From Acidimicrobiales bacterium (GTDB lineage Bacteria; Actinomycetota; Acidimicrobiia; Acidimicrobiales; UBA8190): a stretch of DNA of 63,732 nt. Made by a program: the position numbers and the translations under genes. Positions 31,940 through 40,644 of this stretch are shown here, in pieces. Where the stretch lies: positions 1-63,732 of the forward strand of contig DATJBC010000108.1 of NCBI GenBank assembly GCA_035515515.1, read 5' to 3'. Every line of letters begins with the position of its first letter. Position 1 is the stretch's first letter. The notes beneath the pieces are model-generated. The model was not told the DNA's origin. It saw only the letters and a list, made by a program, of their open reading frames with translations, and searched no databases.

Positions 31940-33364
31940 TCAGAAGCGGTAGTAGATGAACGGTGCGACGCCTTGGGGGCCGAGCGTCGTGATGCCCAGC
32001 AGGACTGCCCCCAGTATGGCCCCCTGCACGGCCCACGGTTGCCGGGCGAAGACCTCCTGGGCGCGGCCGACCAGCCCGCCCGGCAGGTACTGCAGGGCGA
32101 CGGTGCCGACCACGGTCACGACCACGAGCGGCGTGACCAGGGGAGCGCCACCCCACGCGGTGAACAACCGCCCGAGCATGGTCGTGGCCGTCGAGAACGA
32201 GTCGGCGCGGAAGAAGATCCAGCCCAGGCACACGACGTGGAAGGTCACGAGGCGGGCCGCGACCAGGCGGGCGGCCCCCTCGGGCACGGCCGGCAGCCCG
32301 TGGCGCTGGCGCTGTTGGCGCCGGAGGTGGCCCCCGACCTGGCCGACGCCGTGGAGGGCACCCCACGCCACGAAGGTCCAGGCCGCGCCGTGCCACAGGC
32401 CGCCCAGGACCATGGTGACCATGATGTTGCGGGCCACCACCCACCGCGAGCCCCGCGAGCCCCCGAGGGGGATGTAGAGGTAGTCCCGCAGCCACCGGGA
32501 GAGCGTCATGTGCCACCGCCGCCAGAAGTCCTGGAGGTTCCGGGCCGTGTAGGGGGCGTTGAAGTTGTCGGGGAACCGGAACCCGAGGAACAACGCCAGC
32601 CCGATGGCGATGTCGGTGTACCCGCTGAAGTCGGCGTAGATCTGCACGGCGAAGCCGTAGGCGGCGAAGAGGATCTCGAGGGCCGAGTGCTGGTCGGGCG
32701 CGGCGAAGACGGGCGTGACGATGGCCGTCTGGATGTACGACGAGATGACCACCTTCTTGAACAGCCCCGACGCCACCAGCCACGCGGCGCGCCCGAAGTC
32801 GATGGCCGCCGCGTCCCGGCGCGAGCGGATCTGGGGGAGCAGCTCGCCCCCCCGCACGATGGGCCCCGCCACCAGGTGGGGGAAGAACGACAGGTACACC
32901 GCCAGGTCCCCCGCACGGGCGGGCCCGATCCGCCCCCGGTAGACGTCCACGACGTAGCTGAGCGCCATGAAGGTGAAGAACGACACGCCCACCGGGAGCG
33001 TCACCGTCAACAGCGGCAGCAACCGGCCCGTGCCCGCGTCGCGCAGGAGGTTGTCTACGTTCACGGCCAGGAAGCCGTAGTACTTGAACCACCCCAGGAT
33101 CCCGAGCAGCACCGCCACCGTGATCCCGAGGGCGACGCGCCGGCGACGGTCGTCTGCCAGGCGCGCCAGGACCGTCGCCCCCAGGTGGGCCACGACCGTG
33201 ACGGCGCCCAACAGGAAGACGAAGCGCCAGTCCCACCAGCTGTAGAAGACGTAGCTGGCCACGACCATGGCGAGCTTCCACGACCGGGGATGGGGGTTGA
33301 GGAGCCAGCTCGCCGTGAACACCACGGCGAAGAAGATGGCGAAGTCGATGGTGGGGAACAGCAT
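31940..33364 (-). CDS. MBOAT-family membrane O-acyltransferase (AlgI/DltB-like)
   Basis: 474 aa and polytopic. Contains FWRRWHMTLSRWLRDYLYIPLGGSR with the conserved MBOAT His. Confidence 0.9.
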   Translation of the reverse strand: MLFPTIDFAIFFAVVFTASWLLNPHPRSWKLAMVVASYVFYSWWDWRFVFLLGAVTVVAHLGATVLARLADDRRRRVALGITVAVLLGILGWFKYYGFLAVNVDNLLRDAGTGRLLPLLTVTLPVGVSFFTFMALSYVVDVYRGRIGPARAGDLAVYLSFFPHLVAGPIVRGGELLPQIRSRRDAAAIDFGRAAWLVASGLFKKVVISSYIQTAIVTPVFAAPDQHSALEILFAAYGFAVQIYADFSGYTDIAIGLALFLGFRFPDNFNAPYTARNLQDFWRRWHMTLSRWLRDYLYIPLGGSRGSRWVVARNIMVTMVLGGLWHGAAWTFVAWGALHGVGQVGGHLRRQQRQRHGLPAVPEGAARLVAARLVTFHVVCLGWIFFRADSFSTATTMLGRLFTAWGGAPLVTPLVVVTVVGTVALQYLPGGLVGRAQEVFARQPWAVQGAILGAVLLGITTLGPQGVAPFIYYRF

Positions 33365-33502
33365 GCGTCGACCACCCGCGCTTGGTGCCGGCCGGCGTCG
33401 ACGCGCCGCGCCGGACCCAACCGGGTGCAGGCTACCGCGGGGCCGGGCGGCCCCCGCGGGCGGTGCGTGCGGCGCGCCGGGGCGCCGTTGCTGACGGTCC
33501 CG

Positions 33503-34474
33503 TCAGCTACGGGCCTTGAGCGCCTCGATCAGCTTGGGCACGACCTTGTGCACGTCGCCCACGATGCCCAGGTCGGCCACCGAGAAGATGGGCGCGTCCT
33601 GGTCCTTGTTGATGGCGACGATGTTCTTCGACCCCTTCATGCCCACCAGGTGCTGGGTGGCGCCCGAGATGCCGCAGGCGATGTAGACGGTGGGCTTCAC
33701 GGTCTTGCCCGTCTGGCCCACCTGGTGCGAGTACGGGACCCAGCCGGCGTCGACGATGGCCCGGCTGGCGCCCGCCGCGCCCCGGAGCAGCTTGGCCAGG
33801 TCCTCGATCATGGCGTAGTGCTCGGCCCCGCCCAGGCCGCGCCCCCCCGACACCACCACGTCGGCCTCGTCGAGCTTGGGGCCCGACAGCTCCTCCACGT
33901 GGTGGGCGAGCACCTTGGCGGCGTTGGTGGCACCCAGCTCGGGCACGGCCACGGCGCGCACCTCGGCGGCGGCCCCGCCGGCGGCCTCGGGGGCGAACGA
34001 CTTGGCCCGCACCACGAAGACCCACGGGCGGTCCCCGGTGAAGTGGGCGGTGGCCACCTGCGTCCCGCCGAAGAGCCCGTGCTGGGAGCGCACGTCCTCG
34101 CCCTCCACCGCCAGGCCCACGACGTTGGTGATGACCGGCGTGTCGAGGCGGGCCGACAGGCGCCCGGCGATGTCCCGGCCGTCGTAGCTGGCGGGCACCA
34201 GGACGACGTCGGGGCCGTTGCCCGCCCGCACGAGCTCGGCGATGGCGGCCGCCACCGGCGCGCCGGGGAGCACCTCGCCGATGTCGCCCACGTCGTGGAC
34301 GGTGGTGGCGCCGTAGTTGCCCAGCTCGCCGGCGGCCGTCGCCGTCTGCGCGCCCCAGGCCACCGCCTCGGTGGTGGAGGCCATCGAGCGGGCCTGGGTG
34401 AGCAGTTCCAGGGTGGTGGTGGTGGGGTTGCCGTCGACGACCTCGGCGACGACCCAGACCTTTTCGATCGACAT
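33503..34474 (-). CDS. etfA: Electron transfer flavoprotein subunit alpha
   Basis: Contains [16 protein letters not shown] and [15 protein letters not shown]. Confidence 0.93.
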   Translation of the reverse strand: MSIEKVWVVAEVVDGNPTTTTLELLTQARSMASTTEAVAWGAQTATAAGELGNYGATTVHDVGDIGEVLPGAPVAAAIAELVRAGNGPDVVLVPASYDGRDIAGRLSARLDTPVITNVVGLAVEGEDVRSQHGLFGGTQVATAHFTGDRPWVFVVRAKSFAPEAAGGAAAEVRAVAVPELGATNAAKVLAHHVEELSGPKLDEADVVVSGGRGLGGAEHYAMIEDLAKLLRGAAGASRAIVDAGWVPYSHQVGQTGKTVKPTVYIACGISGATQHLVGMKGSKNIVAINKDQDAPIFSVADLGIVGDVHKVVPKLIEALKARS

Positions 34475-34516
34475 CGTGTCTCGTCTCTCCTCGGTGATGG
34501 GAAGGTGCGGGGCCGC

Positions 34517-35296
34517 TCAGACCAGCTTGAGCTGCTCGAGGAACCGCACGACGTGCTCGTGACCGTCGCCCTCGTCGACGACGATCTCGCCGGCCCCGCG
34601 CTCGTCGGCGGGGACCACCTCGGTGACCTCCTGGCGGGACCCGGCCGCCCCCACCTGGGAGGCGTCGAGGCCGAGGTCGGCCACCGTGAGCTGCTCCACG
34701 GGCTTGGACTTGGCCGCCATGATCCCCTTGAACGACGGGTACCGGGGCTCGACGACGCCGGCCGTGACGGTGACGACGGCGGGGAGCGGCGACTCGACCT
34801 CGTCGTAGCCGGCCTCGGTCTGGCGGTCGACGCGCACACGCCCGTCGCCCACCGACACCTTCTTGGCGAAGGTGATGGCGGGCAGGCCGAGGAGCTCGGC
34901 GACCTGCACCGGGGTGGTGCCCGTGTAGCCGTCGGTCGACTCGGTGGCGGCGATGACGAGGTCGGGCTGGACCCGCTCGATCGCCTTGGCGAGGACCTTC
35001 GCCGTGGACAGCGCGTCGGAGCCCTTCAGCGCGTCGTCGCTCACCAAGATGGCCTTGGCCGCCCCCATGGCGAGGGCGGTGCGCAGTCCCGAGGTCTCCC
35101 CCGCGGGGGCCATCGACACCAGCGTGACCTCGCCGCCGCCGGCCTCGTCGGCCAGCTGCAGGCCCATCTCCACGCCGTAGGCGTCGGAGTCGTCCATGAT
35201 CAGCTTGCCCTCCCTGACCAGGGTGTGGGTCTGGGGGTCGAGGGCCGCGGGGGCGGCCGGATCGGGGATCTGTTTCACGCACACGACGACGTTCAT
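34517..35296 (-). CDS. etfB: Electron transfer flavoprotein subunit beta
   Basis: Starts MNVVVCVKQIPD, with the ...ESTDGYTG... block. Lies directly upstream of etfA. Confidence 0.93.
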   Translation of the reverse strand: MNVVVCVKQIPDPAAPAALDPQTHTLVREGKLIMDDSDAYGVEMGLQLADEAGGGEVTLVSMAPAGETSGLRTALAMGAAKAILVSDDALKGSDALSTAKVLAKAIERVQPDLVIAATESTDGYTGTTPVQVAELLGLPAITFAKKVSVGDGRVRVDRQTEAGYDEVESPLPAVVTVTAGVVEPRYPSFKGIMAAKSKPVEQLTVADLGLDASQVGAAGSRQEVTEVVPADERGAGEIVVDEGDGHEHVVRFLEQLKLV

Positions 35297-35357
35297 GGCC
35301 TCGATTGTCCCCGAGAACCCCCCGCGGCGACCAATCCGCGCCGGCCCTCGGCGGGCG

Positions 35358-36113
35358 TCAGGCCAGCTGGGCCAGGGTCTGCGCCACGCGATCGGTGATC
35401 ACGGCGTCGACCCCGGCGCCCACCACGGCGTCGAGGTCCTCGGCCCGGTTCACGGTCCAGGTCACCACGGCCAGTCCGAGGTCGTGCGCCCGGGCCACGA
35501 GGTCGCGGTCGACCTGGCGGTGATGGGGGTGGAGGGCCGCGCAGCCGAGCGACACGGCGGTGTCGAGCGCCGGGCCGGCCTCGAGGCCCGGGTGGACGAG
35601 GAGCCCCATGGCGGGCGCGGCGGCGCCGCCCAGGCGCTCGGCGGCGGCGGCGAGCGCCCCGAGGGCGTCGGGCCAGAACGAGGACACCACCACGCGCGCC
35701 GGCCACCGGTCCCCCCCGGCGCCGCCCGCGGCGAGCAGGCCCGCCACGTCGGCGGAGACCCGGTTGGCCTGGTCGAAGCCGGCGTCGGTCGGGAGGTTCT
35801 TGATCTCGACGTTGACGACGGCACCGTCGCACGCGGCCAGGGCCTCGCCCAGGGTGGGGACCCAGCCCGGCAGCTCGTCTCGTCGTCGGTCGTGGACCGG
35901 TCCCGCGCCCTCGACGGCGGCGTCGTGGTGGACGACGAGCGCCCCGTCCACGGTGCGGCGCACGTCGAGCTCCACGCCGTCGGCGCCGGCCGCCAGCGCG
36001 CCGGCGAAGGCCTCCACGGTGTTCTCGCGCCACGGGCCCGCCCCGCCCCTGTGGGCGAGGACCCCCACGGCGTGGCGCCAGGCGCCGAGCGGGTCGGGTG
36101 CCACGCCGGGCAC
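35358..36113 (-). CDS. Glycerophosphodiester phosphodiesterase family protein
   Basis: Contains AHRGG, ENT, ELDVRRTVDGALVVHHD and NVEIK. The exact GTG start is uncertain. Confidence 0.85.
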   Translation of the reverse strand: MPGVAPDPLGAWRHAVGVLAHRGGAGPWRENTVEAFAGALAAGADGVELDVRRTVDGALVVHHDAAVEGAGPVHDRRRDELPGWVPTLGEALAACDGAVVNVEIKNLPTDAGFDQANRVSADVAGLLAAGGAGGDRWPARVVVSSFWPDALGALAAAAERLGGAAAPAMGLLVHPGLEAGPALDTAVSLGCAALHPHHRQVDRDLVARAHDLGLAVVTWTVNRAEDLDAVVGAGVDAVITDRVAQTLAQLA

Positions 36114-36355
36114 GCTACGCCGGGGCGGCCGGGGCCCCGCTCGGGGCGGGCCCGACGGGCATCGAGACGGAGGGGTCGCCCGAGCTCCGCAGCCCGCCGG
36201 TCACCCAATTGGCCCGCGTCGTCCGGGCCCTTCTCCCGCTGGTCCACGACTTCTCGTGCCCTTCGGTGTCCTTTCGCGCTTGCGGCCCCGTCGCGCTTGG
36301 GACTACCTTCACGATCATCCTGTAATCCACAGCGGTCAACCCCTGTGACCAGCCA

Positions 36356-36371
36356 AGTGAACAGGATCACA
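36356..36371. promoter_or_regulatory. CRP/FNR-type palindrome upstream of whiB
   Basis: AGTGAACAGGATCACA is GTGA-N6-TCAC and lies 58-73 nt upstream of the whiB ATG, in the AT-richer 315-nt spacer. Confidence 0.4.
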
Positions 36372-36428
36372 AGTCGAACGCGCAGGGCCCGGGACGGCAC
36401 GGTACCGGAGGAGGTCATCGTGGCACTC

Positions 36429-36710
36429 ATGTGGAACCGCTCGGTCGAGTGGGATGCCGACGATTGGCGCAAGCTGGCGGCGTGCCGCTACACCGAGCCC
36501 GACCTCTTCTTCCCCATCGGCACCACGGGCCCCGCCGTCGACCAGATCGAGGCGGCCAAGCGGGTGTGCCGGGCGTGTGAGGCCATCGAGCCCTGCCTCG
36601 AGTTCGCCCTGGCCACCAACCAGGAGTCGGGCATCTGGGGCGGCACCTCCGAGGAGGAGCGCCGCAAGCTGCGCAAGGCCTGGCTCGCCGCCCGCCGCCG
36701 CGCCTCGTAG
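36429..36710 (+). CDS. whiB: WhiB-family Fe-S transcriptional regulator (WhiB1-like)
   Basis: MWNRSVEWDADDWRKLAACR...VCRACEAIEPC...GIWGGTSEEERRKLRK: four Cys, the GIWGG turn and a basic tail. Confidence 0.9.
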   Translation: MWNRSVEWDADDWRKLAACRYTEPDLFFPIGTTGPAVDQIEAAKRVCRACEAIEPCLEFALATNQESGIWGGTSEEERRKLRKAWLAARRRAS

Positions 36711-36746
36711 CCCTCCCGCCGCCGCTCCCCCGCCCCCCGACCCCGA

Positions 36747-36766
36747 CCCCGGAGCATCCTCCGGGG
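36747..36766 (+). terminator. Hairpin after whiB (8-bp stem, 4-nt loop)
   Basis: CCCCGGAG-CATC-CTCCGGGG, 37 nt after the whiB stop. There is no clear U-tract. Confidence 0.35.
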
Positions 36767-36876
36767 TCGCTGCGCGCCCGGGCCCCGTCGACGCACCGCG
36801 AAACCCTCGGTATCCTCAATTCGCGGGGGACGCGCGACTTTTTCGAAGATCCTGTTCCTCGGCGAGAGGCGCCGCC

Positions 36877-39672
36877 ATGCGTTTTGCATCGGGAAGGCAG
36901 CGACTCGCCGCCAGGTGGGTCGACCGCTCGCTGCGGGCGAAGGGCCTCGTGGTCATCGCCGTCCCCGTGGCCATCCTGGTCCTCGTGCTGGCGACGACAC
37001 TGTGGTTCACCCACGCCGACGACCGCGCGCAGAGCATCGCGGGCCAGGCCCGTGAGCTCGTCGACTCGGCCACCACGCTGGAAAGCAGCCTGCTCTCGGC
37101 CCAGGCGGGCATCGGCTCCTACCTCCTCACGGGCGACGCCGACTTCGCGACCGCCTACTCCCGGGCCGCGGCGGTCATCCCCGGCCAGCTCGACCAGCTG
37201 GCGTCGAGCGCCGACACCGCCGACGGGGGGACGTCGAGCGCGGCCATCGTGCGCGACGCCCACCGGCTCGTCTTCGACATGTCCCAGCTGGCCCTGCAGC
37301 GGCCCAGTCGTGCCCCCGCGAGCGTGGTGCGCGCCCTGCTGCGCTTCAGCCAGAGCGAGACCCAGCGGCTGCGGGCCGACGTGGCGGCGTTCTCGGCCCG
37401 GCAGTCGGCCGTCATCGCCAGCCAGCACTCGGCCATCCGCAGCTCGGGCGACCTGCTCCCCGCCATCGCCATCGCCGCGGTGGTCCTGGCGCTGGCGGGC
37501 GGGGTGCTCGTGTCGCAGCTGTTCACCACGGGGGTGGTGACGCGCCTGCGGCGCCTGGAGCGGGCCACCGAGGCCATCGAGCGCGGCGAGGTCCCCGAGG
37601 GAGCGCCCACCGGGGGCGACGAGATCGGGCGCCTGTCGGCCCGGCTCCTCGACACGGCCACGCAGCTGCGCGAGCGCGCCGTGGAGCGGGACCGGGCCCG
37701 CACCGAGCTCGAGAACATCCTCACCGCCAGCCCGGTCGTGTCGCTGTGCTACGACGTGGCCAGCCGGCGCTTCTCCTACGCCAGCCCCAACATCGAGCGC
37801 CTGCTGGGCATGTCCGCCGAGCAGGCCATCGCGGACCCGGCCGCCGTCATGCGCCGGTTCCACCCCGACTCGCGCCACACCCTGGGCGCCATGCTGGTGG
37901 GCGGCGCCGGGCAGCACGGCGACAGGTTCCAGCTGCTGCTGCGCTTCCGTCGCGACCCCGACGCGGACGAGTGGCGGGAGGCCGAGGCGGTCTACACCGT
38001 GGAGACCGACGCCGCGGGGGCGCTGGTGTCGGTGGTGGCCTACGTCGTGGACGTCTCCGAGCGCTACGAGGCCTTGCGCGCCGCCGAGCACCGTCGCCTC
38101 CTGCTGGAGTCGATCTTCCACGCCTCGCCCGACACCATCGTGGTGCGCGACATGACCGGACGCGTCGTGATCGCCAGCTCGGCGCTCGCCGAGGTGATCG
38201 GGGCGGGAGCGCCGGCGCGCGCCGGCCAGGGCGGGGCGGCCCCCGCGGACCGCCGCGTCCTCGAGGACCTCATCGCCCGCTGCCTGGCCGGGGAGCGCGG
38301 AGCGACGCCCGTGGTGACGACGGGCCGCCTGCCCTCGGGCGAGATCCGCACCTTCGAGACCCGGGCCCGGCCCGTCCTGGACCGCGACGGGCAGGTCACG
38401 GGCACGGTCACCGTGTCGCGCGACGTGACCGACCGGGTTCGGCTGGAGCACTCCCTGCGGCACGCCTCGTCGGCGGCCGAGCGGGCGAGTGACGCCAAGA
38501 GCGAGTTCCTGTCCCGCATGAGCCACGAGCTGCGCACCCCGCTCAACGCCATCCTGGGGTTCGCGCAGCTCCTCGAGCTCGACGCCCTGCCCGGCGAGCA
38601 GCGCATGAGCGTGGAGCAGATCCTGATCGCCGGGCGCCACCTCCTGGCGCTCATCAACGAGGTGCTCGACATCTCACGGATCGAAGCCGGGCGGGTGTCG
38701 CTGTCGACCGAGCCGGTCGAGGTGCGCGACCTCCTGGAGGAGGTGGCGACGCTGCTCGCCCCCGTGGCCGAGGGCGCCAAGGTGGAGCTGGCGGTGGACG
38801 TCGAGGGGGCGCGGGGCCGTTACGTGCGCGCCGATCGCCAGCGCCTCCTGCAGGTGCTGCTCAACCTGGGGTCCAACGCGGTCAAGTACAACCACCGCGG
38901 CGGGTCGGTGTCGTTCCAGACCGAGCCGGCCGACACCGGCCGCGTGCGCTTCGAGGTGCGCGACAGCGGCCCCGGCATCCCCTACGAGCAGCAGGACCAG
39001 CTCTTCGTGCCGTTCGCGCGCCTGGGGGCCGAGCGCTCGGCCATCGAGGGCACGGGGGTGGGCCTCGCCTTGTCGAAGCAACTGGTCGAGGTCATGGCGG
39101 GCGCCATCGGCGTGGAGTCGGTGCCGGGACACGGGTCGACCTTCTGGGTGGAGCTCCTGGCGTGCGACCCCCCGGCGCCGTCGGGGACCGAGCCCGCCGG
39201 GGCCCCCGGGCGGGAGGGCGGGACCCCGCCGCTCGCCGCCCTGGCCGGGGCGCCCGCCGACCACGTCGACGCCGGCGAGGGCCCGGCGGTCACCGTCCTG
39301 CACGTGGAGGACAACCCGTCCAACGCCTCGCTCGTGGAGCAGGTGCTGTCCAAGCGCCCCTGCGTCCGCCTGGTGTCGGCCGCCGAGGGGCGCTCGGGGC
39401 TCGAACTGGCCCGGCGGCACCATCCCGACCTCGTCCTGCTCGACCTCCACCTCCCCGACCTCCCCGGCGACGAGCTGCTCCACCGGCTCAAGACGCTGCC
39501 TGAACTGGCCGACACCAAGGTGGTCGTGGTGAGCGCGGACGCCACCCCCAGCCGCATCAGGGGCATGCTCGACCTCGGGGTCGAGGGCTACCTGACCAAG
39601 CCGGTGGACGTGGAGGCGCTCCTGCGGCTCGTGGACCACGAGATCGGAGTGAAACAGGGTGCGACCCGCTGA
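36877..39672 (+). CDS. Hybrid sensor histidine kinase/response regulator (CHASE3-like, HAMP, 2 PAS, HisKA, HATPase_c, REC)
   Basis: Contains two TM helices flanking a periplasmic helical domain, the H-box SHELRTPLN, the N-box NLGSNAVKY, GTGVGLA, and a receiver with DLVLLDLHLPD and TKP. Confidence 0.9.
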   Translation: MRFASGRQRLAARWVDRSLRAKGLVVIAVPVAILVLVLATTLWFTHADDRAQSIAGQARELVDSATTLESSLLSAQAGIGSYLLTGDADFATAYSRAAAVIPGQLDQLASSADTADGGTSSAAIVRDAHRLVFDMSQLALQRPSRAPASVVRALLRFSQSETQRLRADVAAFSARQSAVIASQHSAIRSSGDLLPAIAIAAVVLALAGGVLVSQLFTTGVVTRLRRLERATEAIERGEVPEGAPTGGDEIGRLSARLLDTATQLRERAVERDRARTELENILTASPVVSLCYDVASRRFSYASPNIERLLGMSAEQAIADPAAVMRRFHPDSRHTLGAMLVGGAGQHGDRFQLLLRFRRDPDADEWREAEAVYTVETDAAGALVSVVAYVVDVSERYEALRAAEHRRLLLESIFHASPDTIVVRDMTGRVVIASSALAEVIGAGAPARAGQGGAAPADRRVLEDLIARCLAGERGATPVVTTGRLPSGEIRTFETRARPVLDRDGQVTGTVTVSRDVTDRVRLEHSLRHASSAAERASDAKSEFLSRMSHELRTPLNAILGFAQLLELDALPGEQRMSVEQILIAGRHLLALINEVLDISRIEAGRVSLSTEPVEVRDLLEEVATLLAPVAEGAKVELAVDVEGARGRYVRADRQRLLQVLLNLGSNAVKYNHRGGSVSFQTEPADTGRVRFEVRDSGPGIPYEQQDQLFVPFARLGAERSAIEGTGVGLALSKQLVEVMAGAIGVESVPGHGSTFWVELLACDPPAPSGTEPAGAPGREGGTPPLAALAGAPADHVDAGEGPAVTVLHVEDNPSNASLVEQVLSKRPCVRLVSAAEGRSGLELARRHHPDLVLLDLHLPDLPGDELLHRLKTLPELADTKVVVVSADATPSRIRGMLDLGVEGYLTKPVDVEALLRLVDHEIGVKQGATR

Positions 39673-39884
39673 CCAGCCCGGACGCGTCGGGGCGCGGAAG
39701 AACACCCCGTCGCGCCCGTTCCCAGCACGATGGGCGGGGCCTCGCACACGCACACCTCGTGGTCGAGGCCAAGCACGCAGCGTGATTGGCGCCTCCGTGC
39801 CCTCGCAGTCGGCAACAATGCAGGGGCGGTCGTCGGGGGGCAGCACGACCAGTGGGCGGACGACGGGCAACCGGAGGTAGGTCT

Positions 39885-40592
39885 GTGACTCTGACCGACG
39901 AAGACCACATGGTGCTGGTGGCCGAGGACGACTCGGCCAGCCGCACCGCCACCAGGCTCTTCCTGCAGCGCGTGGGCTACCGGGTCGGCGAGGCCGCCGA
40001 CGGCCCCGCCACGCTGCGGGAGGCGAGCCTGGGCCGCTACGACCTCGTGGTCCTGGACCTCGGGCTCCCCGGACTCGACGGCGAGGAGGTCCTCGCCCGC
40101 CTGCGCCGCGACAGCGCCCTGCCCGTCATCGTGCTCACGGGCCGGTCCGAGGAGGCCGAGCGCGTGCGGGTCCTGAACCTGGGCGCCGACGACTACGTCG
40201 TGAAGCCCTGCTCGCTCCCCGAGCTCGAGGCGCGCATCCGCGCCGTGCTGCGGCGGGGCCAGCCCACGCAGTCCGCCAACCAGATCGAGCACGGCGGGCT
40301 GATCGTGGACCGCGCCGCGCACCGCGTGATGGTGGACGGCGAGACCGTCGACCTCACGCCCAAGGAGTTCGACCTCCTGGCCTTCCTGGCCGCCACCCCG
40401 GACCAGGTCTTCACCCGGGAGGAGCTCCTCGAGCACGTGTGGGGGTCCACCCAGGAGTGGCAGGACCCGGCCACCGTCACCGAGCACGTCCGGCGGCTGC
40501 GGCTCAAGCTCGAGCCCGACCCGGGCGCCCCGCGCTGGCTGCACACGGTGCGCGGCATCGGCTACCGCTTCTCGGCCGTCCCCACGCCGTGA
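39885..40592 (+). CDS. OmpR/PhoB-family response regulator
   Basis: GTG 39885 lies 7 nt after GGAGG. Contains DLVVLDLGLPGLDG, and a winged-helix output domain LTPKEFDLLAFL...VRGIGYRF. Confidence 0.9.
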   Translation: MTLTDEDHMVLVAEDDSASRTATRLFLQRVGYRVGEAADGPATLREASLGRYDLVVLDLGLPGLDGEEVLARLRRDSALPVIVLTGRSEEAERVRVLNLGADDYVVKPCSLPELEARIRAVLRRGQPTQSANQIEHGGLIVDRAAHRVMVDGETVDLTPKEFDLLAFLAATPDQVFTREELLEHVWGSTQEWQDPATVTEHVRRLRLKLEPDPGAPRWLHTVRGIGYRFSAVPTP

Positions 40593-40644
40593 CCGGCGGC
40601 GCCGCCGCGCCGGCGCCCCCCGTCGTGGCCCTCGCCCCGCGCCC

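Noticed and set aside
39673-39884. Coding-like GC3 on the minus strand in the spacer between the hybrid kinase and the OmpR regulator: PVVRPLVVLPPDDRPCIVADCEGTEAPITL in one frame, then VLGLDHEVCVCEAPPIVLGTG in another.
   Set aside because: The signal switches frame after about 30 codons. There is no purine-rich RBS before the TTG at 39870, no in-spacer stop, and no family I can recognise. It may be a decayed gene remnant, but it cannot be supported as a feature.
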